A stretch of DNA of 64,000 nucleotides from Candidatus Aminicenantes bacterium (lineage in GTDB: Bacteria; Acidobacteriota; Aminicenantia; Aminicenantales; JAFGBC01): contig OY969696.1 in assembly GCA_963702005.1 (NCBI GenBank), forward strand, positions 1,984,001 to 2,048,000, written 5' to 3'. The notes beneath the pieces were generated by a model, which was not told the DNA's origin, did not search any database, and saw only the letters and a program-made list of their open reading frames with translations. Positions 28,714 through 37,869 of this stretch are shown piece by piece; the stretch's first letter is position 1; every line of letters starts with the position of its first letter. Both the position numbers and the translations under genes were made by a program.

Positions 28714-29352
28714 CTATCCGAGGATCGCGACCGCGCGGACCGGCGAACCGTCGCCGGCGGCCCATTTCAGCGGCAGGCAGGAAAAGATGAATGTCCTGCC
28801 GACGAGGGCCTCCAGGCCGGTCAGGTTTTCGATGATAACCATATTTTTTTCCAGAAATATCCGGTGGATGGACATCGCGTCCGATTTCAGCGAGTCGACC
28901 GAGATCATATCGACGCCGACGCCCTTGAGATGGAATCTCGCCAGCCATCGGGCAGCCGCGTCGGATAGGACAGGGTAGGAGCCGTAGTATTGGGAATCGC
29001 CCCAATAGCGAGCCCAGCCCGAATGCAACAGGACATAGTCGGCGGAGAGGAGCGCCGCCTCGTGCTTCTCGATATCGGAGATCTCGATCGTTCCCCCTCG
29101 GATCGCGGAAACGTCCAGAACGTGGCCCGGCCCCATGAAATGGCCGGCCGCGAATTCGCCCAGCCCGGCGGCGCCCTCCAAAATATGGCCGGGCGCGTCG
29201 AGGTGCGTTCCGGTATGGGAATAGAGGCTGAGCAACTTCTCGGCGAAGCCGTGGCGGGCGATGGTGCAGGCGTCGGCGATGCGGGGCGGCTCGCTGCCCG
29301 GATAGACCGGCATGGATTCGGCTATGACGTGGCTCAGGTCGATGACGTTCAT
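28714..29352 (-). CDS. Cyclase / kynurenine formamidase family protein
   Basis: DLSH, P.YPG, HTGTHLDAP.H, GVDMISVD, IIENL, DGSPVRAVA. Confidence 0.88.
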   Translation of the reverse strand: MNVIDLSHVIAESMPVYPGSEPPRIADACTIARHGFAEKLLSLYSHTGTHLDAPGHILEGAAGLGEFAAGHFMGPGHVLDVSAIRGGTIEISDIEKHEAALLSADYVLLHSGWARYWGDSQYYGSYPVLSDAAARWLARFHLKGVGVDMISVDSLKSDAMSIHRIFLEKNMVIIENLTGLEALVGRTFIFSCLPLKWAAGDGSPVRAVAILG

Positions 29353-29365
29353 GGTCGGCTTGCCG

Positions 29366-31570
29366 CTACTTCTGCAGGGCTTCCAGGCAGTACTGGCCGT
29401 AACGGTTGGACCAGCCGTGGATCTTGGATTCCGTGTCGGTGTAGACGACCGAGTTGTAACAGGTCGGGGTCCGGAGCGTCGGCTTGATGTAGGTATCGCC
29501 GCCCGCGACGCCGAGGTAGCGGATGTAATCCCGGAACGCGGACTTCGCATAGTTCCGGTAGGACGACTGTCCGGTCTCCGAGCAGCAGAAGCCCGCCGCG
29601 TTGGCCGCCATCAAGATGTAAGGGATCTGCCCTTCGCGGGCATCCGGCTGGGTGATATCGATCCAGTAGGGAATCTGGAGCGGGCGGTAGCGCCCGGCGG
29701 CGTTGCTGTCCCCGCCGTAGGTGATGGTCATCAACCAATCGGTCATCCGTTGGATGAGCGCTAAGAGCTTGGCGGCATAAGCAGGGTCCGCTTTCCGGAA
29801 GATGTCTTCATAGGCGTGGATCAAGGGCTCCAGGACATAGCAGTTCATGAGCGGCTGCCGCATGTTCGAGTCGGGCGGGTCTCCTGCGTAGACGAAGCCC
29901 TGCTTTCCGGCCGCGGCTTCCAGGTCAAAGACGGACTTAAGGACGTCCTTGAGCGCTTGGAGGACCGGCTTCGTTCCGTACCGTTTCGTCTTCAACACGG
30001 CCTTGGGATCGATCCGGTAGAGGGCGACCAGGTTCTCGGCCAGCCAGCCCTGGATGCGAAGCTCGTTGGTGTCGATGTATCCGTTCCGGTTGAAGGATTC
30101 ATAGACGTAGCGGCGCACGCCGTCGAGGATTTCCTCGAAGCCGTCGCGGCCGCGCGGGTCGCCGGTCATGAGCCAGTCCATGGCGTAGCCGTGGCTCCAG
30201 GTGTGGCTGGGCCGGCCGCCCCCGAAATCGTTGCCGGGGTTGTCGTGGCTGGGCCGCGACTCCCAATTCTTTTGGAGGTTGAAGGCCTCTCCGTCGGCCG
30301 TCGTATGATAGATGTCCATATCGATCTCGTGACGGGCGAACACCCGGGCGGCGTCGGCGAACTCGAGCCGTCCCGTCCGCAAGAACTGAAGGAACATCCC
30401 GAAGCTCCAGTCGTAATGATTGCCCGACAGGCTTCCGAAATCGCCGCCCCAGCGGAGGTCCCCGTAGTCGTGCCAGCTCTTGAGGTCCTGGGCGAGGTGC
30501 TTCCAGAGCGTATAGCCGCGCGTGTTGGGCGGGTTCTGGACGTCGGCCTTGATGACCTTGGCCCGCTGGAGCTTCTTGAATCGATCGTAGTCGGCTTGCT
30601 CGAAAGCCGGGAAGCCCGTAAGAGGGAGCATGATCGGGCCCCAGGCTCGGGTTTTGGCGTAGTAAGAAGGCGCGGCCGCTGCGAGCGGCGGGGCGGCCTT
30701 GTAGCCCGGCGCGATGGAACCATTCTCCGTGTAGCGGCTTTCGACGACCTCTGGCGAACCCGAGGCGGGGACGACGAGTTCCCAGGTCTTTTCGACGCCG
30801 CCGCCAAAGACGTAGCTTTCGCTGGGGGACAGGAGGTTGACGCTGAAGGCGGCCCCGCTTAAGACGAGCTCGGACTGGCCCCCGGTTTCCCATCCGAAGG
30901 AATTGTTGTTGCGGAACGTCAGGAAGAGGCGGACATCGGTCCGGTCGCGGGAGAAAACGAGGCGGGCCCTGAAACGGACGAGCGCGTTACGGAGCGTCGG
31001 CGTCCAGACGCCGTCGACGCGCAGAACGACCTTCATCGGGCCCTTCTCCTCGACGGTCCAGCCGCCGGCGTTAGGGACGGCCCGGTGCGTTTGGCCGCTC
31101 GAAACGATTTCGAAGGGGAGTCCCATGACGAGGAACTCCGACTTGTTGAAGGTGAAGGCGGCCGCCCTCGTATTGACGGTGATCCGGCCGGCTTGGTCGG
31201 AGACGGTGATCCCCTGAACCGGCTGGGGGGCCTTCCCGGTCTGAAGGGTAAGCGCGGCCGTTCCCGAAGCGGTGAGGTCGACCTGGAAATCGACAAGCAG
31301 CCAGCGGACGCTGCCGTCGGGCCAGACGGCGGTGCGCAGGAACTGGGCGGGAATCTCGGCGCCGCCCTTGAGGAGGCGGACTTTTGACGCGGAACTGAGA
31401 GCGCTCTGGGCGAAGGGGATTCCCGAAGTGACCGGCTGCAGGGTGCGCGCCGCGGCCTCGCGATTGCGGACCGTGAGCGGGATATCGAGCCCCGACATTG
31501 GAACGGATGCCGTGTCGAGGCATAAGATCACGCTGAGGATCGTAATAATCCGCCGGATAGACATGCTCAT
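29366..31570 (-). CDS. Exported RIFT-barrel / YetA-PcRGLX-like protein (putative lyase)
   Basis: PVTSGIPF, WPDGSVRW, E.GP, DYGD..W, N.YD, ARH..D.D; signal peptide. Confidence 0.65.
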   Translation of the reverse strand: MSMSIRRIITILSVILCLDTASVPMSGLDIPLTVRNREAAARTLQPVTSGIPFAQSALSSASKVRLLKGGAEIPAQFLRTAVWPDGSVRWLLVDFQVDLTASGTAALTLQTGKAPQPVQGITVSDQAGRITVNTRAAAFTFNKSEFLVMGLPFEIVSSGQTHRAVPNAGGWTVEEKGPMKVVLRVDGVWTPTLRNALVRFRARLVFSRDRTDVRLFLTFRNNNSFGWETGGQSELVLSGAAFSVNLLSPSESYVFGGGVEKTWELVVPASGSPEVVESRYTENGSIAPGYKAAPPLAAAAPSYYAKTRAWGPIMLPLTGFPAFEQADYDRFKKLQRAKVIKADVQNPPNTRGYTLWKHLAQDLKSWHDYGDLRWGGDFGSLSGNHYDWSFGMFLQFLRTGRLEFADAARVFARHEIDMDIYHTTADGEAFNLQKNWESRPSHDNPGNDFGGGRPSHTWSHGYAMDWLMTGDPRGRDGFEEILDGVRRYVYESFNRNGYIDTNELRIQGWLAENLVALYRIDPKAVLKTKRYGTKPVLQALKDVLKSVFDLEAAAGKQGFVYAGDPPDSNMRQPLMNCYVLEPLIHAYEDIFRKADPAYAAKLLALIQRMTDWLMTITYGGDSNAAGRYRPLQIPYWIDITQPDAREGQIPYILMAANAAGFCCSETGQSSYRNYAKSAFRDYIRYLGVAGGDTYIKPTLRTPTCYNSVVYTDTESKIHGWSNRYGQYCLEALQK

Positions 31571-31663
31571 GACCTCCCGGGTTTGCGGCTCTTTCTTCCT
31601 AGGGCGCTCCTGCCCCTAGCCCATATGGCCTTGAGGATAGTAATAGCAGTTAATAATAGCGGA

Positions 31664-31712
31664 TTCAATCCCCTCGCGGGATTCCACGGACGTGAGTCCG
31701 TGGAGCTTCAGC
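31664..31712. repeat. Double-hairpin dispersed repeat, copy 1
   Basis: ttcaatcccctcgcgggattccacggacgtgagtccgtggagcttcagc; near-identical to 44018-44067. Confidence 0.9.
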
Positions 31713-31741
31713 CTTATCCGCTATTTATTCAGGAATTAAAG

Positions 31742-31771
31742 AAAAAAGCCGGGGGAGGGGAGCCCCCCGGC
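31742..31771 (-). terminator. Intrinsic terminator of the ECF-HEAT operon
   Basis: gccggggg/cccccggc stem followed on the minus strand by U6, 20 bp after the stop at 31792. Confidence 0.75.
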
Positions 31772-31791
31772 CTGGCGTTGTGAGTTTATCC

Positions 31792-32907
31792 TCAATCTTT
31801 TTTGAGCAGGATCTCCTCGAAGAGCTTGATGGCCTCGTCCGAACCCGTCTGTCCCAGCCAGAACAGGGCTTTCTTCCGGACGGAGGGGCTTTTGTTCTCC
31901 TTGGCGATGCCGATGAGCATGGGAACGGACTTCTGCTTGGGAAGCTGGGAGATGGCGAACACGGCCGATTCCTTGACGTCCTCGTCCGGGCCCTCGACGA
32001 TCTCCTTGAGGCCGCGGACGGATTCCTCCGAGGCCTTCTGACCGAGCCAGAAGATGGCCTTCTTGCGGAGCTCATGGTCCGATCCGTTCTTGGCGATATG
32101 GAGCAGCTCCTCGACGGCCTCCCGGCTTCCGTTGAGGCTGAGGGCGAACACGACCTGCTCCCGGACTTCCTCGTCTCCGGATTTGGCCAGGATGGATTTG
32201 AGGTCCGCAACCGTCCTGGGATCGTGGGACTCCCCGATCCAGAACACGGCGTTCTTGCGAACCTCGCTCCGGTAGGAGCCGAGAGCGACCGCCATCAAGA
32301 AATCGTAAGCCTTGGGCGAGTCGTGGGCGCTGACGGCGAAGAGGGACGATTCTTGGACTTCGGCGCCGCCCGCCTCGAATTCCTTTTCGATGAAGTCTAA
32401 GCTATCCTCGACCGGAACGTTTCCCAGCCAATAGACGGGAAGCGTCTTGAACTCGTAGGTCTCCTCGGGATCGATAAGTCGAAAGTCCTCGGCGCGCGGA
32501 CGGTCCTTGGCCGTCGAACAAAGCGCCAGCAGCCCGGCCGGAGCTTTGCCGTCCTCGGTCTCCCAGCTTTCGCCCCGGCTCGAATGATCGAATTTAATCT
32601 CGCCGCCGCGGTTGACGACTTCGAAGGGTCCGTCCGGGCCGTAACAGCCGTGATGCCTGATCTTGTGGCGGCTCGGGAACAGATAGGCGATGAAAAAGAA
32701 ATCGCCCTGCTTCTTGGATTCGAAATCGGCGGCCGCGGATTCGACCTTAGTTTGAAGAGACCGGCCCGCCTGGTCCCAGGCCGAGACCTTCCCGGATAGG
32801 AAGGAGGGAGCGGCCGTGGTTTGGGAAGCCGCTCCAGCCGTTAAAATAAGAAGAAGGGCCAGCCCGGCCGGGGCCGGCCCGAATTTAGCGCTGACGGAAG
32901 TTTTCAT
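31792..32907 (-). CDS. Exported HEAT-repeat protein
   Basis: Signal peptide; repeats VRKNAVFWIG / VREQVVFALS / LRKKAIFWLGQ / VRKKALFWLGQ. Confidence 0.85.
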   Translation of the reverse strand: MKTSVSAKFGPAPAGLALLLILTAGAASQTTAAPSFLSGKVSAWDQAGRSLQTKVESAAADFESKKQGDFFFIAYLFPSRHKIRHHGCYGPDGPFEVVNRGGEIKFDHSSRGESWETEDGKAPAGLLALCSTAKDRPRAEDFRLIDPEETYEFKTLPVYWLGNVPVEDSLDFIEKEFEAGGAEVQESSLFAVSAHDSPKAYDFLMAVALGSYRSEVRKNAVFWIGESHDPRTVADLKSILAKSGDEEVREQVVFALSLNGSREAVEELLHIAKNGSDHELRKKAIFWLGQKASEESVRGLKEIVEGPDEDVKESAVFAISQLPKQKSVPMLIGIAKENKSPSVRKKALFWLGQTGSDEAIKLFEEILLKKD

Positions 32908-32924
32908 CGTTCCCCCTCCGCCCG

Positions 32925-34244
32925 TCACTTCTCGATGATCTCCTGGAGGAAGCGGATGGCCTCCTCGTTCTTGCTCTGGCCGAGCCAGAAGATGAACTGC
33001 TTCTTGAGCTCGAGGTTCTTCTCGGCCCGGGCGAGCTCGATCATCTTGCGGACGGTCGCGTCCGAGTTGAGCTGGCTCAGGGAGAAGATGATGTTTTTCT
33101 TGGCTTCGATATTCTCGGTCTTCTGATAGAGCTCGACCAGGAGGTCGAGCGTCTTGGGGTCCCTTCTCTGTCCGAGCCAGAAGACGGCCTTGCTCTGGGA
33201 GTCGGCGTCGCTTCCGTCCTTGGCGATGGCGATGAGCTTCTGGCGGGCCCGCTCGCCTTTCTGCTGGGAGAGGGCGAAGACGAGCTTTTCCCGGACCTCT
33301 TTGTCGGGCGTCTTGTCGTAGATCTCGATCAGGGCGTCCAGGGCTCGCGGATCGTTCTTCTGGCCGAGCCAGAAGACGGCCTTTTCCTGGGCGTTGGGGT
33401 CCTTGCCGTTCCGGGCGATCTCGAAGAGTTTGTCGGCCGCCTTGGGGCTCGGGCTCTGGCTGAAGGAGAAGATGAGCTTCTCGCGCAGGTCGGGGTCGTT
33501 GATCGTATCGTAGAGCTTGAGGAGCGCCTCGAAGCTCGCGGCATCCCTGCGCTGGCCCAGCCAGAAGATGGCCTGCTCGCGGACGTGCATCTCCGGATCT
33601 TTACCGGCGATCTCGGCCAGGAGGGCCGTCGCTTTCTCCGACGACTGCTGGCTGAGCACGAACAGGGCCTGCTCGCGGAGCTTGGGGCTCTTGCCGTTCC
33701 GGACGACCTTCTCCAGGGTCGGGAAGGCCTTCTCGGAGTCCATGTTGAGCATGGCGTTCAAGGCGACCAGCTTCATCTCCATCTCGGGATCGACGTCTTC
33801 TTGCTCGTCGCCGGCCGACTCCCGGATGTACTTCTTGAAGTCGGAAAGTCCGCTCTTAACGAGCTCCTCGGAGATGTCGACCCGTAGCGCCTCGGCGTCG
33901 TCGGCCCAGGAGCTCGCGGGGTAATTCTTGAGAAGCGCGTTGACCTGGTTGACGGCGTCCTGCATGACGCGGACCTGATCGTTGACCTTGGATTGGTTCT
34001 GGCTGTACTTGTACAGGCTGTAGGCCAGCCAGTAGTTGGCCTCGTCCGAGGCTTTATCGCCGTAGGAGCTCAGCAGCTCTTTGTAGGCCTTGACGGCCTG
34101 CTCCCATTGCTTCTCATAGATGAGCTTCTTGGCCTTCTCGAGCATGGCGGCCGTCTTGGTCTCTTCCTGCCGGGCGGCCAAGAAGGACGCCGGGATGAGG
34201 ACGAGGGCGGCTGCGATCACGATCGTTTTGATCCAATGTCTCAT
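32925..34244 (-). CDS. Exported TPR + HEAT-repeat protein
   Basis: Signal peptide, TPR (ANYWLAYSL, YPASSWADDA) and alternating FWLGQ / F.LSQ HEAT repeats. Confidence 0.85.
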   Translation of the reverse strand: MRHWIKTIVIAAALVLIPASFLAARQEETKTAAMLEKAKKLIYEKQWEQAVKAYKELLSSYGDKASDEANYWLAYSLYKYSQNQSKVNDQVRVMQDAVNQVNALLKNYPASSWADDAEALRVDISEELVKSGLSDFKKYIRESAGDEQEDVDPEMEMKLVALNAMLNMDSEKAFPTLEKVVRNGKSPKLREQALFVLSQQSSEKATALLAEIAGKDPEMHVREQAIFWLGQRRDAASFEALLKLYDTINDPDLREKLIFSFSQSPSPKAADKLFEIARNGKDPNAQEKAVFWLGQKNDPRALDALIEIYDKTPDKEVREKLVFALSQQKGERARQKLIAIAKDGSDADSQSKAVFWLGQRRDPKTLDLLVELYQKTENIEAKKNIIFSLSQLNSDATVRKMIELARAEKNLELKKQFIFWLGQSKNEEAIRFLQEIIEK

Positions 34245-34270
34245 GGTTGAACCTCCATTTGTGAAAATTG

Positions 34271-34990
34271 TCATATTTTATTCCAACGGCGGACCCGGGA
34301 CAGGACCTGCCGTCCGTTGATAACGTCTTTGAGGGCGGCCGGAGCCGTCGCGTCCCAGCCCTTGCTGTTGGCGATCTCGGTCAGGACGAGGCTCAGGTCG
34401 TCCAGAAGGTCGGCCAGCTGGGGATCCTTGCGGGCCAGGGCGTGTTTGAGGAGAAGGTTCTGGACGAGGAGCGCCTGGGCGGCCTCGCGGTCGGTCAGGA
34501 GATGATCTTTCCCTTCTTCCGCGGATCCGTTGTTGGAGTAGGCGGCAATAAGGGGCTCGACGTCCTCGAAATGACTGCCCAGGGCGCTCCGGATGGCCGC
34601 GGGGGATAGGATATCGGTCCGGGCCGCGCGGGCGTTCGGCGAAGATCCGGACGGGAGCCAATAGCGGCCCACCGCGATCCCCAGGATAAACAGAACCGCG
34701 AGCCCGGCCGCGGCATAAACCCAGCCGGGGAGGAAAAGCCGCCGGCTCCTAACTCCCCGGGCGGGTTCGAGTCCGGCATTGATCACGCGCCAGGACCGCT
34801 CCCAATCGGGCTCCGGGACGGGACCGGACGGCGCCCGGTCCAAGCGGCCCAGGGCCTCCCGGGTCAACTCCAGCTCTTCCCGGCAGGAGGCGCAACGGTC
34901 GAGGTGGGAATGGAGCTTCCGGCGGTCCCTGGCGGAGAGCTCGTCATACAATTCCAGGATAAGGTGTCGTTTGAATCGTCGGCAGGTCAT
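34271..34990 (-). CDS. Zinc-finger (ZAS) transmembrane anti-sigma factor
   Basis: MTC...HLDRCASC (Hx3Cx2C), one TM helix and a helical extracytoplasmic C-terminus; overlaps sigma stop. Confidence 0.88.
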   Translation of the reverse strand: MTCRRFKRHLILELYDELSARDRRKLHSHLDRCASCREELELTREALGRLDRAPSGPVPEPDWERSWRVINAGLEPARGVRSRRLFLPGWVYAAAGLAVLFILGIAVGRYWLPSGSSPNARAARTDILSPAAIRSALGSHFEDVEPLIAAYSNNGSAEEGKDHLLTDREAAQALLVQNLLLKHALARKDPQLADLLDDLSLVLTEIANSKGWDATAPAALKDVINGRQVLSRVRRWNKI

Positions 34991-35553
34991 GATCGGTCCT
35001 CCATGGTTGTCGGCCGGAGCCGGACGCGGAGCGCGGCCACGGCCCGGAAGAGATGGGTCTTGACGCTCCCTTCCGTGCAGCGCAACTCCCGGGCGATTTC
35101 TCGGATGCTGAACTGGCGCTCGTGCCTGAGCAGGAAGACCATACGCTGCTTGGCCGAGAGGTCGTCGAGGGATCGCTCGATCCTCTCCCGCCATTCGTTG
35201 AGGAGCCGCGTCTCTTCCGGGTCGATGTCGGGGCCTTGGGCGGGCACGGAGCTTAAGGCGTCCTCTCCGGCCTCGGCCCGGCGGGCCTTGTGCCGCCGCA
35301 GGTAGTCGATGCTGGCATTGATCCCGATCCGGAACAGCCAGGCGGCGAAGCCGCTCTCCCGCTCGATCCGGTAGGAGGCCAGGTTCCGGAAGGCCTTGAG
35401 GAAGGTTTCCTGGAGGATGTCCTCGGCGTCCTCGGCGTTCTTCGTGTACTGGTAGGCCAGGCCGAAAATCCGCCTTTTATTCTGGTCGAAGAGCTCCCGC
35501 AGGGCCGCCTTGTTGCCCGCCTGGGCCGCCTGGATCAGGATCGTTTCGTCCAT
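34987..35553 (-). CDS. ECF RNA polymerase sigma factor
   Basis: DAEDILQETF, F.AWLFRI..N..IDYLRR, S..EIA..L...EGSVKTHLFRA. Confidence 0.95.
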   Translation of the reverse strand: MDETILIQAAQAGNKAALRELFDQNKRRIFGLAYQYTKNAEDAEDILQETFLKAFRNLASYRIERESGFAAWLFRIGINASIDYLRRHKARRAEAGEDALSSVPAQGPDIDPEETRLLNEWRERIERSLDDLSAKQRMVFLLRHERQFSIREIARELRCTEGSVKTHLFRAVAALRVRLRPTTMEDRS

Positions 35554-35572
35554 GAAGTCGCTCTACCCATTG

Positions 35573-35599
35573 TAACGCAAACCAGGGGAGTCCGGTTGA
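35573..35599 (-). promoter_or_regulatory. Candidate ECF-type autoregulatory promoter TCAACC-N16-CGTTA
   Basis: AAC (-35) and CGT (-10) cores with a 16-bp spacer, about 20 bp upstream of the sigma ATG. Confidence 0.5.
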
Positions 35600-35619
35600 C
35601 AGGAACACCCTAGACTCCA

Positions 35620-35649
35620 TTGACATTCTGGCGTCCCGCGTTTTATCAT
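35620..35649 (+). promoter_or_regulatory. Candidate sigma70 promoter TTGACA-N18-TATCAT
   Basis: Near-consensus hexamers about 100 bp upstream of ATG 35751. Confidence 0.5.
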
Positions 35650-35750
35650 CCCTGACAAAGGCGTAAGCCAAAATTGGCGCATAAATGCTCATTCTGCCAC
35701 CATGTCAGACAAGAGCTTTCTAAGATCTCTATCGTCAGGCGGAGGAATCG

Positions 35751-37862
35751 ATGAGAAAGCCGGCCTTGGTTTTAGGGTTTGTTTTAAGCGTGGCGCTGGT
35801 TTTTGCTTTCTCGGGAGAAACGACGAAAAGCGGCGCTCGGCTTACCCAGAAAAATATTAAACCTGATTGCGGGGCGATTCCCCTCTATTTTATTCCCAAC
35901 CGGGGCCAGGTTCACAAAGAAGCGCTCTTTTATGCCAGGACATCCGCGTATACCCTATGGCTGACCAAAGAGGGATTGGCGTTCGACACGGCCAGATTGG
36001 TGTTCTTGAACGCCGACAAGAATCCCAAACTCCTGCCCCTCGAGCCGACCGAGCACAGGGTAAATTATTTGATCGGGGACAGCCCGTCCCAATGGCGGAC
36101 GGACATTCCGACGTCGGCCGCCGCGATGTATGGAAACGTCTATAAGGACATCGACCTCAAAATCTATGGGGTCGAGAAACAGGTCGAATATGACTGGATT
36201 GTCAAACCGGGAGGAAAGCCTGAAGATATACGGTTCGCCTATCAAGATGTGAAACGGACCAGGATCGACGCAGATGGCGATTTGGTTGTCGAGAGCCAAA
36301 GGGGCGAGTTCAGACATCGCAAGCCAAGAAGCTATCAGGTGATTGGAGACAGACGGATCGATGTCGAGGTCGCCTTTGAATTCATTGAAAAAAATAAATA
36401 CGGTTTCGACGTCAAAGCCTATAATCCCGATTACGACTTGATCATCGACCCCCTGGTCCTGGCCTATTCCGGCTACCTGGGCGGATCCGGATGGGACGGG
36501 GCCAATGCCGTCGCTTTGGACGGGAGCGGAGCCGTCTATGTGACCGGCGGCACGGAAAGCGCCGATTTTCCCGTGAAGAACGCTTATAAAAAAAAATGGG
36601 GCGGCTATCTGGATGTCTTTGTCACGAAGTTTGCGCCGAGCGGAAATAGTCTTGTCTATTCCACATATTGGGGCGGGCCTTATAATGATGAGGCCGGCAC
36701 AGGCATCGCCGTGGACGGCAGCGGAGCCGTCTATGTCACGGGGGCTTCGGCTATTGCCGGAGAGGCTATCAGGAATTTCGCGCGGCGCCCTTATGATAAG
36801 AGCGCTTATCCTACCCATACATTTGTATTCAAGCTGTCTCCGGCCGGAAATAGTCTTGTCTATTCCACCACCTTGAGCGGCGAGTCCGACGTCGAGGCCT
36901 CGGGGATAGCCTTGGACGCCAACAAAGCCGCCTATATTACGGGGTACACGGACAGCTCCGATTTTCCCGTCAAGAATGCCTTACAAAAAAAATATAACGG
37001 CGGCTCTGATGCATTCGTGACGATGATAGCGCCGACCGGAAAAAGTCTGGTCTATTCCACCTTTCTGGGCGGGAAGAATTCGGACTTCGGATCCGGCATC
37101 GTCGTCGACGGCGGCGGCGCCGCTTACATCGTCGGCTATACGTACAGCGCCGATTTTCCCACCCTGAATGCCTATCAAAAAGCTTATCGAGGCGGCGCCG
37201 ATGCCTTCGTGACCAAGATAGCAGCGAACGGAACGAGCCTTGTCTATTCAACTTATCTGGGCGGCTCAAAGTGGGACGAGGGAAAAAGCATAGCCCTGTA
37301 CGGGAAGGGAGCGGCCTATGTGACCGGTAATACAAGCAGCGCGAACTTCCCCGTAATGAACGCCTGCCAGAAAATTCTCCGCGGCCCGCAAGATACATTT
37401 GTCGCCAAGTTATCGCCGGACGGAAAACGTCTTGTCTATTCCACGTACCTGGGCGGGTCCTCCTCTGATTTCAGCTCCGGTCTGGCCGTCGACGGCAACG
37501 GAGCGGCCTACACAACCGGATTCACGGGGAGCGCCGATTTCCCGTTAAAGAATCCCGTCCAGCCGGCCCGCGGAGGCAAGGAGGATGCCTTCGTGACGAA
37601 GCTTTCCCCCGACGGCAGGAATCTTGTTTATTCCACATACCTTGGAGGCGCCGACACGGAGACGGCTACCGGCATTGCCATGAACGGCCAAGGAGCCGTT
37701 TATATCACGGGGTACACTTACAGCGCCGATTTTCCTACGAAGAATGCCTTTCAAAAAATTTTTGGCGGCGGCGGGAGTGATGCATTTTTGGCAAAGCTCT
37801 CATTTGTCTTGCCCTCCGCCGCGGGGCGCCGGCTTCCCCGGAAGGCTCTTTATCCGCGCTAG
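35751..37862 (+). CDS. Exported SBBP-repeat protein (paralog of 14337-16415)
   Basis: FIPNRGQ, YKDIDL, EYDWIVKPG, LIIDPLVLAYS and YSTYLGG repeats. Confidence 0.88.
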   Translation: MRKPALVLGFVLSVALVFAFSGETTKSGARLTQKNIKPDCGAIPLYFIPNRGQVHKEALFYARTSAYTLWLTKEGLAFDTARLVFLNADKNPKLLPLEPTEHRVNYLIGDSPSQWRTDIPTSAAAMYGNVYKDIDLKIYGVEKQVEYDWIVKPGGKPEDIRFAYQDVKRTRIDADGDLVVESQRGEFRHRKPRSYQVIGDRRIDVEVAFEFIEKNKYGFDVKAYNPDYDLIIDPLVLAYSGYLGGSGWDGANAVALDGSGAVYVTGGTESADFPVKNAYKKKWGGYLDVFVTKFAPSGNSLVYSTYWGGPYNDEAGTGIAVDGSGAVYVTGASAIAGEAIRNFARRPYDKSAYPTHTFVFKLSPAGNSLVYSTTLSGESDVEASGIALDANKAAYITGYTDSSDFPVKNALQKKYNGGSDAFVTMIAPTGKSLVYSTFLGGKNSDFGSGIVVDGGGAAYIVGYTYSADFPTLNAYQKAYRGGADAFVTKIAANGTSLVYSTYLGGSKWDEGKSIALYGKGAAYVTGNTSSANFPVMNACQKILRGPQDTFVAKLSPDGKRLVYSTYLGGSSSDFSSGLAVDGNGAAYTTGFTGSADFPLKNPVQPARGGKEDAFVTKLSPDGRNLVYSTYLGGADTETATGIAMNGQGAVYITGYTYSADFPTKNAFQKIFGGGGSDAFLAKLSFVLPSAAGRRLPRKALYPR

Positions 37863-37869
37863 AGGGGGA

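Noticed and set aside
14337-37862. SBBP paralogs as template/variable repeats of a diversity-generating retroelement
   Set aside because: Differences are not adenine-specific, both copies are full genes, and no reverse transcriptase is present.
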